In this document: piece by piece, positions 45,548-62,599 of the stretch
Layout of the letters: every line of letters begins with the position of its first letter
How positions within the stretch are numbered: the stretch's first letter is position 1
Source: the human T2T-CHM13v2.0 reference genome, Homo sapiens
Length of the DNA: 64,000 nt
NCBI RefSeq assembly: GCF_009914755.1
Contig: NC_060926.1
Direction: 5' to 3' (one strand)
Program-made: the position numbers and the translations under genes
The notes under the pieces: generated by a model
What the model saw: only the letters and a program-made list of their open reading frames with translations
Database searches by the model: none
What the model was told of the DNA's origin: nothing

Positions 45548-45872
<325 letters not shown>

Positions 45873-45889
45873 TAAAACCAGAATAAACT

Positions 45890-46439
<550 letters not shown>

Positions 46440-47067
46440 TAAAAATATATCTTATTAAAGCACTAGAAGAAAACAAAACATGGATTTTTAAATCTTGGAA
46501 TGGAGATAAATCAATGCAAAACCTAAAAACCAATGCAAGAACTTAAAAAACAGAGAACAATTGTTCAAATTGCTAAATAAAAATTTAAAATTTCCTCTTT
46601 GTGAAAAATAATCTAATAAACAGGCTTCAAATGGTAAAACAAACAAACAAAAAAACCAGATTTATAATCTACAAGCAGAAAAAGAGCTAATTTCCTTAAT
46701 AAAATAATATAGAAGGACAAAAACCCAAGAGGAAAAAAATGTGTCAAGAACAGGGCATTTCACTGAACCAAAAAGATATAAATGGCCAACAAATACATTA
46801 AAGGATGTTTAACCTCAGAATTGAGAAAATGCAAATTAAATAATGATAGTATCATCATTAAATAATGGAAGAGGCCACTTTTCAACTATCATTGGGAAAA
46901 TTAAACAGTTTGCATGCATCATTTGCTAGAATGTGGAAAATCTGGTAGGTTCACACATTGATGGTAGAAGAATAAACTACAGCAGTTTATTCAGTTTGCC
47001 AGCAGAAATCAACATTTTAAGTGCATGTTACCTTTGACCTAGTATTTCCATCATTAAAAATTTACCA

Positions 47068-47397
<330 letters not shown>

Positions 47398-47583
47398 TTC
47401 CCTACAAATATACTTTGAAATGTGCACAAAGTTATGTGCACAAAATGCTCACTTGCAGCTGCATTTGTTATTTTAAAAAAAGAAAAATCCCTGAAATGTC
47501 TATTAAATAAATTATGTCTATGTAAATAAATTATGCTACAGCTATAAGTAAGATACTATGCACCCATTAAAAATATATGTGTT

Positions 47584-47874
47584 GGCCAGGCACAGTGGCT
47601 CACACCTGTAATCCCAACACTTTGGGGGGCCAAGGCGGACGGATCACGAGGTCAGGAGATTGAGACCAGCCTGGTCAACATGGTGAAACCTCGTCTCTAC
47701 TAAAAATACAAAAATTAGCTGGGCATGGTGGCTCATGCCTGTAATCCTAGCTACTCGGGAAGCCAGGCAAGAGAACCAGGGAATCGGAGGTTGCAGTAAG
47801 CCGAGATCACGCCATTGCACTCCAGCTTGGTGACAGAGTAAGACTCCATCTCAAAAAAAAAAAAAAAAAAAAAA
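47584..47874 (+). mobile_element. Alu SINE (AluS-type)
   Basis: Sense dimer with A-tail. Confidence 0.95.
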
Positions 47875-47879
47875 GTGTT

Positions 47880-48093
47880 GCAATGAGGTGACTATAGTCA
47901 ATAATAATTTCGTTGTATATTTTAGAATAAGAGTATAATTGGATTATTTATGATACAGAGGATAAATGCTTGAGGGGATGGATACGTCATTCTCCAGAAT
48001 GTGATTATTACACATTACATGCCTGTATCTAAACATCCCATGTACCCCATAAATATATACACCTACCATGTACCCACAAAAATAAAAAATTTA
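47880..48093 (+). mobile_element. L1MA1-3-type 3' end
   Basis: GGATAAATGCTTGAGGGGATGGATAC...CATGTACCCCATAAATATATACACCTAC. Confidence 0.85.
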
Positions 48094-49229
48094 AAGTATA
48101 TATGTGCTGATAAGATCCCCAAGATATATAATTAAGTGAAAAGCGTAGGGCTAGAACAAAGCGCAGTATGATCCTAACTTGGTCCTGTTTTGTTTTTAAG
48201 GTATACAGAATATTCATACAGATTTTGCTCATATGCAAACAAGATAGACCCGAGGATACGTAGGAATTTGCCAATAATTACTCCCAGTGAGTAGAACTGG
48301 TGGGTGGGGATATAGTTTTGTTTCTTTCTTTAGATCATTTTGTGTTTTTTGGGGTGTTTTTTTTGCCATATATTCATTTGTTTACATTGAAAATAAAACA
48401 GACTCAAAAGTAAATAAAGGTGCTGTATCAATGGAGAATATTCACCACTTCCTGTGTAAATTTAATTCCGAAGGACAGCGTGCACCTGAGTAATGTAGAT
48501 AAAAAGACCCTGTGAGTCTAGGGGCTGTCAGATGGACTCTGCCCCGGCACACACGGAAGCAGGAGATGCTCCTGCCCGTCACTGGGAAGGGAAGTGGAGG
48601 CAGTCCCGTTCCTGATGTCTCAATGTCAAAAATGGCCAGGCTGAGCATAACCTCCCTCCTGCTACCCGATACTCAGCTCAGCTTGAGGACTCAGCTCTGA
48701 CTCAGAGAAGGATCTGGTTCCAGGGAATTTTGTCATGAGAAGCAAATCATGTGACACCCCAGTGTGAGAAATGGCTGGCCAGTGTAAAGCTGTGGAAAAT
48801 TGAAGTTAGTCTTGGCTCCAGGCTTTATGGAGGTTTTTCTATTAACCAGAGGTGAGCTCAGGTGCGAGGTTAATGGAAAGGTGCAGAGAAGGCTGTCGGG
48901 GGACTGCGGTGACGGTTTACACTGCTGTGTAGGATGCAGTTCCTGTAACAAGTGGATATTCTCTTCTATTATAAAATACAGCCCCATGGGACTGTGGCAT
49001 CAAAGGCCTCTTGTGGGTCTGGAAACTCTTAGCTGGAGGAGAAAAACAGGCTCTGCTCAGGATGCAGGCTGACAAGCATAAGCCTTGTTTTGTTCTCTGT
49101 AGAAACAATGAAACTTCAAGCATAAGGAAAAATTGCTTAAATTCCTAACATCCCACCACCCTAAGTTAATTAATTGGCATATTTTCTTCCTATCTTCCTA
49201 TGCATGGGTGCATGTTTTTCATATTTCTA

Positions 49230-49575
<346 letters not shown>

Positions 49576-49637
<62 letters not shown>
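49576..49637. repeat. (AT)n microsatellite, about 31 units
   Basis: Direct reading; uninterrupted. Confidence 0.97.
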
Positions 49638-49640
<3 letters not shown>

Positions 49641-49989
49641 CCATATCTCTGTATAACCTTACTACTTGCGGTCTTACTGTACCACATTTTACCAAGTTGA
49701 CACACAGTTCCCTATTGTTGGATAGTTATATATTGTTAAATACTTTTGATTTGATGACCTACAAGATATCATTCCAGGGAGCATTTTCAATGTACGCAGT
49801 TTTTTCCTCCTGTTAAATTGCTTCCTAAAAATACTCAGGACTGGAACGACAAGGCCAAAGGCATAACCATTTTTGCAACATGTTGCCACATTGCTTTCCA
49901 GCTGGGTTATAATGGTGTTCTGTGCCTATGAGTTGCTGGGAGGAATTGCTCAGACAAGAATAGAGCCAGGAAGCCAGGAAGACAGTAGC

Positions 49990-50371
49990 TATTTTGGTCA
50001 GTTGGGGCTGCTATAACAAAATACTATAGACTTAAGAAACTGAAATTTATTTCTCACAGTTCTGGAGGCTGGAAGTCCAAGATCAGGGTGCCAGCATGAT
50101 TGGGTTCTGCTGAGGGCTGTGTTCTTAGTTTGCAGATGACCACTTTCTTGCTATGTCTTCGCATGGCATTTTCTTGGTTGGTGCACTCAGAAAGACAGAG
50201 AGAACAAGATCTTCCATAAGGCCACCAACCCTATCAGATTAGGACCACATTCTTAGAACGACATTTAACCTTAAGTACTTCCTGAAAGCCTTATCTCCAA
50301 ATACAATCAGATTGGGGGTTAGCGTTTCAACATATGCATTGGGGTGGTGGAACACAATTCAGTCCATAGCA
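49990..50371 (-). mobile_element. MLT1A-type LTR
   Basis: GGGCTGCTATAACAAAATAC...CTCACAGTTCTGGAGGCTGGAAGTCCAAGATCAGGGTGCCAGCA...CAGTCCATAGCA. Confidence 0.9.
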
Positions 50372-51615
50372 GTAGCCCTGCCCACCAGGGAAGCTCTTGG
50401 ACCATCTGAGCCCAGCTTGTCCATGGACATACCACTCCACCAGCCTCTTCTCTGCAGAAAAGCCTATATGATGTGAGAAGAGGGAACACGAGCTCTACAC
50501 CTTTAACAGAGTTTTGGGGGAAGTCATTAAAACAGAGAGGTGGGCAAGTTTGATTTCCATGTTGAGACCAGCAGACTGATTCCAACCTTGTTTGTTTGTA
50601 ATTGACAATCACTGGATATGAGCTCAGCTGAAGCACACTGAGAATGAGGCGGTGGCATTCTAGACCTAAATCTGCCACTTAACAATCACCTGTCAGGTTC
50701 CTGCACCTCCAGTCTGCTCAGATCTTAGGGTGACCTGACACCACCACCAGGACCTTGCCAGCTTCCCCAGGATCCTGGAGCAGCATAATGAGGATGGGCT
50801 TGTTTGCTTTAGAGAATCTCTAAGAGCATCATTGGCCTCCTGACGTTGCCAGCACCTTGGAGACAGGTGATGCAATAGCTGAGCATTGGAGCAAGCTTCA
50901 CAAAGTTTGGCTTCCATTGCATCACCTGTTCCAAACTGCCCCCAGGTCAGTCCTCATCCCCTTCTATCGCCATGACCAAACAGTCCACGACTGGCCAGGG
51001 GCTCTCTGTTTTGAGGCAAGATGGAAAAAAGATGGTCTCCCTGCCAATATGCCCCTCACCCACGTCTTATGCTCTGCAGTGCTGGACAGTTCCCAGTGGG
51101 TGTACACTTTGGCCATAGGGATTCCTCCAGGGAGCAAAAATGGTACCCATGAGACCAGAACTGGTGGGTGAAGCTGCTTGAACAAGCAGGGCAAGACTAG
51201 GAACCCTGCTCTGACCCAACCTGCACACTTGTACCCTGGGAGGCTGGAGCCGGGGAGCATTGGCCCTCACTCTCCCACTCAGCCCCAGCACTCCTTCCAT
51301 CCAAACTAAAAGGTCCACATCCAGGTCCAGTGCATGTGCAAGTCATGTAGATTTTATGCATTTCCTATAGAAAGAAAAGAATGCCATATAGTGGTTTAAA
51401 AAAGACCACGTGCCATATAGTAAAATTTAATGAAGCTTCCCATTAGTCATATTGTTTCTGTCTCTAGGTTTTAGACCTGACTACCCATTACCGGGTATCC
51501 TCTCCTCCTCCCATTTCTTCCCAGAGAGCCTTGAAACCCTACCTTTAATCACCTAAGAGTTTTAACTTTATTATTCTACAAACATTTATTCCCTCTCTTC
51601 AAGACAAACAAACAG

Positions 51616-51930
51616 GGCTGGGTGCAGTGGCTCATGCCTGTATTCCCAGCCCTTTTGGAGGCCAAGGAGGGAAGTTCGCTTAAGGTCAGGAGTTTGAGAC
51701 CAGCCTGGGCAATGTAGTGAGACTCCCCCATCTCTACAAAATTTCCTTTTTTAAAATTAGCAGGGCGTGGCATTGTACGCCTGTATTCCTAGCCACTCGG
51801 GAGGTTGAGGCAGGAGGATCGCTTGAGCCCCGGAATTCAAAGTTGCAGTGAGCCATGATCATACGGCTGCATTCCAGCCTGGGTGACAGAGCAAGACCCT
51901 GACTCTAAAAAACACTTAAACAAACAAAAA
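51616..51930 (+). mobile_element. Alu SINE (AluJ-type)
   Basis: Sense dimer. Confidence 0.93.
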
Positions 51931-52549
51931 CTCCTATGACTTGCCAAAACTTGACCAGCTTCTGCTCTTCAGACCTGTCCCTGCAACTCCAGCTCATCAT
52001 GCCCATGAAGCTCAGAGTCAAAGGGAAGCTCAGGTGCCACGGAGTAATAAACACATGAACCTGAGAGAAAGGAAAATGGAAATCTGGCTCCAGACCCTTG
52101 GGGTGCAGGCACTAAAGCCAACGTCAAGTGTGACTTACCTCATGTGCACTGGAGGGCATCCTTGAAGTTAGTTAATAAGTGATGAGAAAGTATTCACTTA
52201 CTCTCTGCCTGCCCCGGCAGCTCTGAGAAGGAAGTAACTCTTTCTGCTTCCTTTACCATGGCACCCTGAATCTCTAGCTCCATGCTCCCCAAATACCACC
52301 TGACACAGAGCAGGACTCAACAAACATGTGTTGATTGGTTGACTGGACCCGTTTTTATGCTAACCCCAACCCACCCTATAAATGCATATATCTCGAAAAA
52401 TAAGATTGCAGAGGGCATATTTAAATTCAGTTAGACGTACTTTGAGTTCGAAGGCAAGTGTAAAAAGACATTAAACATTATACTTGCATGTGTGTAAATT
52501 AAAGTTATTAATGTCGCTAATAAGATTGCAGATGGGGCAAATTCCTAGA

Positions 52550-52690
52550 AACATCATCATAATTCTGTAGGCAGGAGATGTTTTAGTGGCTCCATTTTAC
52601 AGATGAGGAGACCAAGGACTGAATAAGAGAATGAATTTACCCCAAATCACAGAGCTAACGATGGCAGAGCCAGAATTTGAATCCAGTGGA
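52550..52690 (-). mobile_element. MIR SINE
   Basis: CCATTTTACAGATGAGGAGAC...GGCAGAGCCAGAATTTGAATCCAG. Confidence 0.8.
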
Positions 52691-53633
52691 CTGGTGTATG
52701 CAACCTTCTCTTTGTGTTAGGTTTAGGGGTTCTCTGGAGAGGGTGATGGAGCTGACATCTTGTCCTCCTCTTACCTCTGCCATTGACTTTGGGGTGACTT
52801 GAGGCTAGCTGTGAGCCTCTGTTTCCTCATCCATAAAAAAGAGCCATCAGCAGGTGCTGCACCCAGGTCTTCCCACACAGGACCTCATCAAACTCATCAG
52901 GCATGAGGCCCATTGGGCCTAACATCACTTTCAGGAAGCACGAGCCCAGGCTGAGCCCAGGCTGCTGGCAAGGCAGAAGATGGGTGAGCTTCCAGCAGTC
53001 ATGGACCGCGAGGCTCTACCCCAGGTCTGAGGAAAGATAACTGGCGAGACACCCACCACACCCCAGTGAGGACATTTTACTCTATAAACCTGGGAATGAC
53101 TTTCTGCTTCTTATAACCAGGCAGGCAGTGTGGTGAAATGTACAACCAGGGCCTTTGGATTTCAGAGGGAAAGAAGCAAGGATTGTGTTCATTTCTACGA
53201 AATTTCTGGGAGCTACTTTGGTTTTCACAAATACGGTAGGCTTCCTCAAACAGGGCTATGGTCTAAAATAGTTTAGAGAGAAATTTAATAGCAACGATTA
53301 GAACACACACAAAAAAACCTTTCCAATGACAGCTGTGTAAGTTACAAGAGCCCATTCCCACATCATCCTGCCTGATCAGAGATTTAGGCAGGCTGGTGCC
53401 TCCAGGCTGGCTTCTCCATGCAAGAGCAGCGGACCTGTTCCTGGAACCTGATGGAAGTGCAGAATCTCCCTATGGATTCTGAATATTGGTCTTTCCTCAG
53501 ATGCATAGTTTGCGGATATTTTCTCCCGTTCTGTGGGTTCTCTATTTACTCTGTCGATAGTTTCTTTTGCTATGCAGAAGCTCTTAGTTTAATTAGATCC
53601 CAATTGTCAATTACTGTTTTTGTTGCAATTTCT

Positions 53634-53934
<301 letters not shown>

Positions 53935-53991
53935 TTGTTGCAATTTCTTTTGGGGACTTAATCAAAAATTCTTTGTCAAAACTGATGTTGA

Positions 53992-54373
<382 letters not shown>

Positions 54374-55303
54374 TAGGTTTTCTTCTAGGATTTTTATAGT
54401 TTGAGACCTTACATTTAAATCTTTAATCCATCTTGAGTTAACTTTTGTGTATGGTGAAAGGTAGGGGTCTAGTTTCGTTCTTCTGCATAAGGCTAGCCAG
54501 TTATCCCAACATCATTTATTGAATAGGGATTCCTTTCCCCATTGCTTGTTTTTGTCACCCTTGCCGAAGATAAGATGGTTGGAGGTGTGAAGCTTTATTT
54601 CTGAGTTTTCCATTCTATTCTGTTGGTCTGTGTGTCTGTTTCGTACCAGTACCTGCTGTTTTGGTTACTGTAGCCTTATAGTATAGTTTGAAGTTGGATA
54701 ATGTGATGCCTCCAATTTTGCTCTTTCTACTTAGCATTGCTTTGGCTATTTGAGCTCTTTTTTGGTTCTATATGAATTTTATAATAGTTTTTTCTAATTC
54801 TGTGAAAAATGACATTGGTAGTTTGATAGGAGTAGCATTAAATCTATAAATTGCTTTGGGCAGTATGGGCACTTTAATGATATTGATTCTTCCAATCCAT
54901 GAGCATGGAATGTTTTTTCATTTATTTGTACCATCTCTGATTTCCTTCAGCAGTGTTTTGTAGTTCTCCTTGCAGAAATATTACACCTCCGTGGCGAGCT
55001 ATATTCCTAGATATTTCATTTTCTTTGTGGCTGTTGTAAATGGAATTGTGTTCTTGATTTGACTCTCAGCCTAGATGTTATTGGTGTACAAAAATGCTAC
55101 TGATTTTTGTGTATTGATTTTATATCTTTTCAAGAAGCCTTTTGGCAGAGCCTTTAGAGTTTTTTATATATAGAATGGTATGATCAATGAAGACAGATAA
55201 TCTGCCTTCTTCTTTTTCTATTTGGATGCCTTTTATTTCTTTCTCTTGCCTGATTGCTTTGGCTACAACTTCTAGTACTATGTTGAATAGGAATGGTGAG
55301 AGT

Positions 55304-56187
55304 GGGAGCTTAAACAAATCAACAAGCAGAAAACAAATAGCCCCATTAAAAAATGAGCAAAGGACATGAACAGACACTTCTCAAAAGAAGACACACAAGA
55401 AGCCAACTAAACATATGAAAAAAATGCTTATCATCACTAATCATCAGAGAAATGCAAATCAAAACCACAATGAGATGCCATCTCACACTGGTCAGAATAG
55501 CTATTTTTAAAAAGTCAAAAAACAACAGATGCTGGCAAGTCTGGGGAGAAAAGAGAAGAGTAATCACTGTTGGTGGGAATGTACATTAGTTCCGCCACTG
55601 TGGAAAGCAGTTTGGAGATTTCTGAAAGAACTTGAAACAGAACTACCACTCCACCCAACAATCCCATTACTGGGTATATACCCAAAGGAAAGTAAATCAT
55701 TCTACCAGAATGCATTCATATGATCATTGTCGTGTTATTCGCAGTAGCTAAGGCATGGAATTAACCTTGGTGCCCATAAATGGGGGACTGGATAAAGAAA
55801 ATGTGGTACACATATACCATGGAATAATATGCAGCCATTAAAAAACCATAAAATTATGTCCTTTGCAGGAACATAGATGTAGTTGGCGGCCATAATCTTA
55901 AGTGAAATAACATAGGAACAGAAAACCAAATACTGCATGTTCTCACTTATAAGTGGGAGCTAAACAGTGAGCGCACATGCACATAAACATGGGAACAGTA
56001 GACACTGTGGCTACTAGAAGGGGGAGGGAGGCAGCATGGATTGACAAGCTACTTGTTGGGTACTATGCTTACTACCAGGGTGACAGGATCTGAATCCCAA
56101 ACCTCAGCATCACACAACATACCCATGTAACAAGCCTGCACATGTAATCCCTGTATCTAAAATACAAGTTGAAATTAAAAAAATAAA
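55304..56187 (+). mobile_element. L1PA16-like ORF2 end plus 3'UTR and A-tail
   Basis: [23 protein letters not shown] motif; 3' end CCCAAACCTCAGCATCAC...TCTAAAATACAAGTTGAAATT. Confidence 0.93.
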
Positions 56188-56244
56188 TATTAGCCATTAT
56201 TAATGAAACAAAATTAAATATCTTAAGTTCTAAAAAATAAAAAT

Positions 56245-56342
56245 AAGTGCAGAATTATTTCTTCCTTAAGACCCACTGCATCAGAATATACATTGTAAGG
56301 AAGATGTCGGGTGATGTGTGTGCACTTTAAAGTCCAAGGCAT
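56245..56342 (+). mobile_element. MER5A1-like MITE right half (left half about 53405-53465), split by the L1
   Basis: CACTGCATCAGAATATACATT...GGTGATGTGTGTGCACTTTAAAGT. Confidence 0.6.
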
Positions 56343-56890
56343 GTGGCCTCCAGGTCCTCTGGTCCAGCTGACGTTTTTCAAGGGAGGACCCTGAGGCCCA
56401 GGAGAGAAAGTCATTTACTCCACGTGACAGGAAGCTGGTGGCTGAGCCAGGAGAGTCCTGCATCCACCATGCTCCAGCCAAGGCAAGCCTCCTGCTCCTT
56501 CCACTGCTCCTGCACCTCCTCTACAGCTATGGACTCCCTTCTCCTGCCTGCAGCCCAGGAGATGGACGGAGGATGGGATGGCTGGGCAGCCTCCTAGAGC
56601 AGCGCCCTGCAAGGGACACAAAATACTCCTGTCACTTGGGCTTGAGGAAAAGCTGGACAGAGGCCAGAAGGAAGATGCTCGGCCTGGCCAGGAGGCTGCA
56701 GGGTGCAGAGGGCGCTCAGTGGAGAAAAGGAAAATAGAACTGGAGGGAGGTGTCAAAGGGGAGTCTTCTTCACTAATTCCTCATTTGCCCATATCATTCC
56801 TTCACCTTCTCCTTATGTAACCAGTAGAGCAAAGACACCCGAGTGGTTGATGCCCAGGTAATAATGAAGAAGTGTCATGGCACTGGAAAG

Positions 56891-57140
56891 TTTTGTGTTT
56901 GTTTTTTTTTCACTGCAACCTCTGCCTCCTGAGTTCAAGTGAGTCTCATTCCTTAGCCTCCCAGGTAACTGGGATTACAGGTACCCACCACCACGCTCAG
57001 CTCATTTTTTTTTTATTTTTAGTAGAGATAGGGTTTCACCATGTTGGCCAGGCTGGTCTTGAACTCCTGACCTCAAATGATCTGCTCACCTCAGCCTTCC
57101 AAAGTGCTGGGATTACAGGCGTGAACCACCACTCTCGACC
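56891..57140 (-). mobile_element. Alu SINE with a deletion next to the tail
   Basis: T-tail joined directly to CACTGCAACC; TSD TGGAAAGT. Confidence 0.92.
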
Positions 57141-57183
57141 TTGGAAAGTATTAATATCTACAAAATATTTTGACACTCAGTAC

Positions 57184-57997
<814 letters not shown>

Positions 57998-58149
57998 TCA
58001 GTAAAAATGTTCTCCAATGCTACAGGAAGTCATGTAGTCACCATGCACATTGATCAACATATGATTTATAATGGGATCGTCTTCTAAATCGCAGAAAAAT
58101 GTCCCTGTGATCACACAGATGAAATATCCCACTGTGTTTTTAAAATTAG

Positions 58150-58350
58150 GAAAGGCACTGTGGTAATAATGGAAAACTTGTGGATTTACACTCAGAAAAC
58201 TGAGCCGTGGGCAAGTCACCGCTTCCTCAACCTTCAGGGTTTCATGTTTGGACAGTTTTGGCTTCCTTGCAAGGTCTTAGAAGGTTAAATGAGATAATGT
58301 TGAAAGGTGCCTCGCATGTGCTTAGCGCCAGTTCAGTAAATATTTAAACT
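58150..58350 (+). mobile_element. MIR SINE
   Basis: GGGCAAGTCAC...GGTTAAATGAGATAATG. Confidence 0.7.
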
Positions 58351-59349
58351 GAATCTATTTTTGGAAACCACGTGAAAATTGAAGAACAGAAAAGCAGTCC
58401 TTTCAGTGGTTGTCATTTTGTGTATACTCTGCTGAGCGGCTGCGTTAAAAAGAAGAGTTTACCAAATGTATTAAATCCTAAAGTTTAACAATAACCCCAA
58501 AGATATTGTAGCAGAATATATACAAAACAAATGAGCAAACAACAGCCAAAGTGCAAAGATGCTTACAAAAATAAATGATAAATGTGATGAGAAGAATGAA
58601 GTTGGTAAACATTACAGAAGCCTTCCTTTTAGCTGCCTCAATAGATCTATTCTAAATCAGTTTCTTGGTATTCACATGATCTGGGAAATGATTATATAAT
58701 TTCAAAAGTGTCTGTAAACTACTCATTTGCATCTGATTTCTCAATGTCTAATTTGTGCATCAGCCAAAACTATGTGTATAAAACCAGCTTTTTAATCAGC
58801 TCACAGAATGTGTATAAGCAAATTAATCTTCCATTTTATGAGAGAAGAATTCATACACTCAGAATTATCCTGTGTTTTGCACTGGATGCACGGAAGAAAT
58901 GATTTGCACAATTGTGTTAGCATGTGTCTCTATAAACTTCCACTTGAAACACTGCTGAAAGCCAAGTGGGTGTGCAAGTTACAGATGGATTGTAAGTCCC
59001 CCTCCCCCCGTCCCCATAGCTGGTGTCAACGTGGACTGGTGTTTCCGTGGCACATGCAGAAGGTGGCTTGAGGAGGTTGTTTGAAGAATGAGGCCTCTTT
59101 TCACATTACCCTTATTTGAAAAGGGAAAAAGCAGCAGCTACCGCCTCTGCGGAAACCTTGTAGGAAAGCAGTCCTTGCATGTTCCCATCAGAGAAGGGGG
59201 CTGGGGCATTTCCACCCAGCGGTAAAATTTCTGCATCGCCTCTTCCTCTTCCTCATCCCAGGGGGCGGCACCACCCTCTGCTCTGTTACCTGACGCCACC
59301 AGTCTTGGGGGCTGCAGCCGGTTGAGGTCCACCCCCATGCTGGTTCTGC

Positions 59350-59500
59350 AGTTGGTAGCTTCAGGGGCTGAGGTCCGCTCCTGGGTCTGTTTCTAAGGAG
59401 CTGTGTGAGGTTGGGTAAGTCACTTCACCTGTGGAGCCTCAGTTTTCTCATCGGTGTGGAAAAGGAGCTCCGAGGTCCCTTTCATCATCGATTCTGTGAC
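59350..59500 (+). mobile_element. MIR fragment
   Basis: TTGGGTAAGTCACTTCACCTGTGGAGCCTCAGTTTTCTCATC. Confidence 0.7.
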
Positions 59501-59628
59501 ACACTTAAACAATGCATCCTTCTACTTCCCTCAGACACAAAGCTTAGGAGCTGTAACCCTGGCCTGAATGCACAGTGAACTCCACGAAGCTGAGCTGAGC
59601 TCTTATGTGACATTAAAAGGACCTGCCT

Positions 59629-60870
<1,242 letters not shown>

Positions 60871-60879
60871 CTATGAACT

Positions 60880-61576
60880 TGAATAAGAACACATTGACTT
60901 CTCTAATTTCACTTAACTCGAATTGAAATGTAGCATTTCCTTTCATCATGAATGTAGACAACAAATCACAGAAGTAGGAATATCTGTGACTTTGTCACCA
61001 AAAGGAATTAGATATTCTCCTATTACATTCAAATATTACAAATATATTTAAATATTGCTTAAGTTCATCAATAATCCAGAGTTATGGTCGTTAGAACAGC
61101 GCTGGCTGGGCGTGGTGGCTCACGCCTGTAATCCCAGCACTTTGGGAGGCCGAGGTGGGTGGATCACGAGGTCAGGAGACGGTGATCATCCTGGCTAACA
61201 CGGTGAAACCTCGTCTCTACTGAAAAATAGAAAAAAATTAGCCAGGCATGGTGGTGGGCGCCTGTAGTCCCAGCTACTCGGGAGGCTGAGGCAGGAGAAT
61301 GGCATGAAGCCAGGAGGCGGAGCTTGCAGTGACGATCGTGCCACTGCACTCCAGCCTGGGCGACAGAGTGAGACTCCGTCTCAAAAAAAAAGAAAAAAGA
61401 AAAAAGAAAAAGAACAGCGCTGCACCTTGTTAATTACTTTGTTAACAAAGAAGCATGTATATTCCTATATTGTGATATAGGAATATATCATGGTTAAATA
61501 TCTTGATAACTGCATTTTAATATAACTAATTTTCTCTGTACTCTATGTATTACATTGAATACATTTAAAAACATTA
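60880..61576. mobile_element. MER113-like hAT-Charlie element, split by an AluY
   Basis: CTGTGACTTTGTCACCAA...TTGATAACTGCATTTTAATATAA...CATTTAAAAACATTA. Confidence 0.65.
61104..61410 (+). mobile_element. AluY
   Basis: CTGGCTAACACGGTG, GGAGAATGGC, GGAGCTTGCAG diagnostics; TSD AGAACAGCGCT. Confidence 0.95.
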
Positions 61577-61581
61577 AATTA

Positions 61582-61873
61582 GGCCAAGTGTGGTGGCTCA
61601 GGCCTGTAATCCCAGCACTTTGGGAGGCCAAGGCAAGCAGATTGCTTGAGCCCAGGAGTTCAAGACAAGCCTTGGCAAAATGGCAAAACCCTATCTCTAC
61701 AAAAAGTAAAAAAAAATAGCCGGATATGGTGGCACATGACTGTAGTCCCAGCTACTTGGGAGGCTGAGGTGGGAGGATCAATTGAGTCTGAGAGGTCAAG
61801 GCTGCAGTGAGCCGTGGATCACACCACTCCACTCCAGCCTGGGTGACAAAGCATGACTCTGTCTCAAAAAAAA
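61582..61873 (+). mobile_element. Alu SINE (AluJ-type)
   Basis: Sense dimer. Confidence 0.93.
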
Positions 61874-61950
61874 ATTTTTCTTTAATTAATTCCCTGTTTT
61901 AAATGAAAATGAAGAAAGCCAACAGTGCTTGAATTTTGCACTGACAGCTG

Positions 61951-61953
<3 letters not shown>

Positions 61954-61983
<30 letters not shown>
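61954..61983 (+). repeat. (TG)n microsatellite
   Basis: Direct reading. Confidence 0.95.
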
Positions 61984-61985
<2 letters not shown>

Positions 61986-62086
61986 ATGAAATATTTTTTG
62001 GTGTGAATATAACCAAGGAACATCCCATGATGTATTTCGGTGAAATATGCAAAGCCTGTATCTATTTCCGTGCATTCTCAGCATGA

Positions 62087-62599
62087 GTGGTAGGCACTCA
62101 GTGGTTTGGCTCCCCCAAAATGCCCGTGTCCTCAAGCCCAGAACCTGTGAAAATGCACCTTATATGGCAAAAGGAACTCTGCATATGTGCTTAAATTAGG
62201 GATCTTAAGAAGGGGGGTTATTCTGAATTATCCAAGAGGGTTTATCACAAGCACAAGGGTCCTTAAAGCCAAAGAAGGAAGCAGGAGGGTCAGAGATTTG
62301 AAGATGCTACGATGCTTTAAAGATGGAGTAAAGGGCCAGGGAGTAAGGAATGTGGGCAGACTCTAAAAGCCAGAAAAGGCAAGGAAACAGACCCTCTCCT
62401 AGAGCCTCCAGAAAGGAATGCAGCCCTGCCCAGTGCCTTGATTTTAGCTCAGCAAAACCCAATTCTGACTTCTAGGTCTTTAAGACAGATCATTCCAGAC
62501 CATTACAGTTCTTCCAGATCTGTAAGACAAGAAATATGTATTGTTTTAAGCCACCAAGTTTTTGGTAACTTGTTACACCAGCCACGGGGAACCAGTACA
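62087..62599 (+). mobile_element. MLT1D LTR
   Basis: CAGAACCTGTGAA...CCTTATATGGCAAAAGG...CTAGAGCCTCCAGAAAGGAATGCAGCCCTGC. Confidence 0.88.

Noticed and set aside
56343-56820. Overlapping ORFs, one with a leucine-rich signal-peptide-like stretch (LLLLPLLLHLL)
   Set aside because: Arises from CCT/CTG low-complexity sequence; no homology or exon structure.
59256-59269. CTCF-like TCCCAGGGGGCGGC
   Set aside because: Only the 3' core matches and the 5' CCAC/CCAG positions do not; not supportable without ChIP data.
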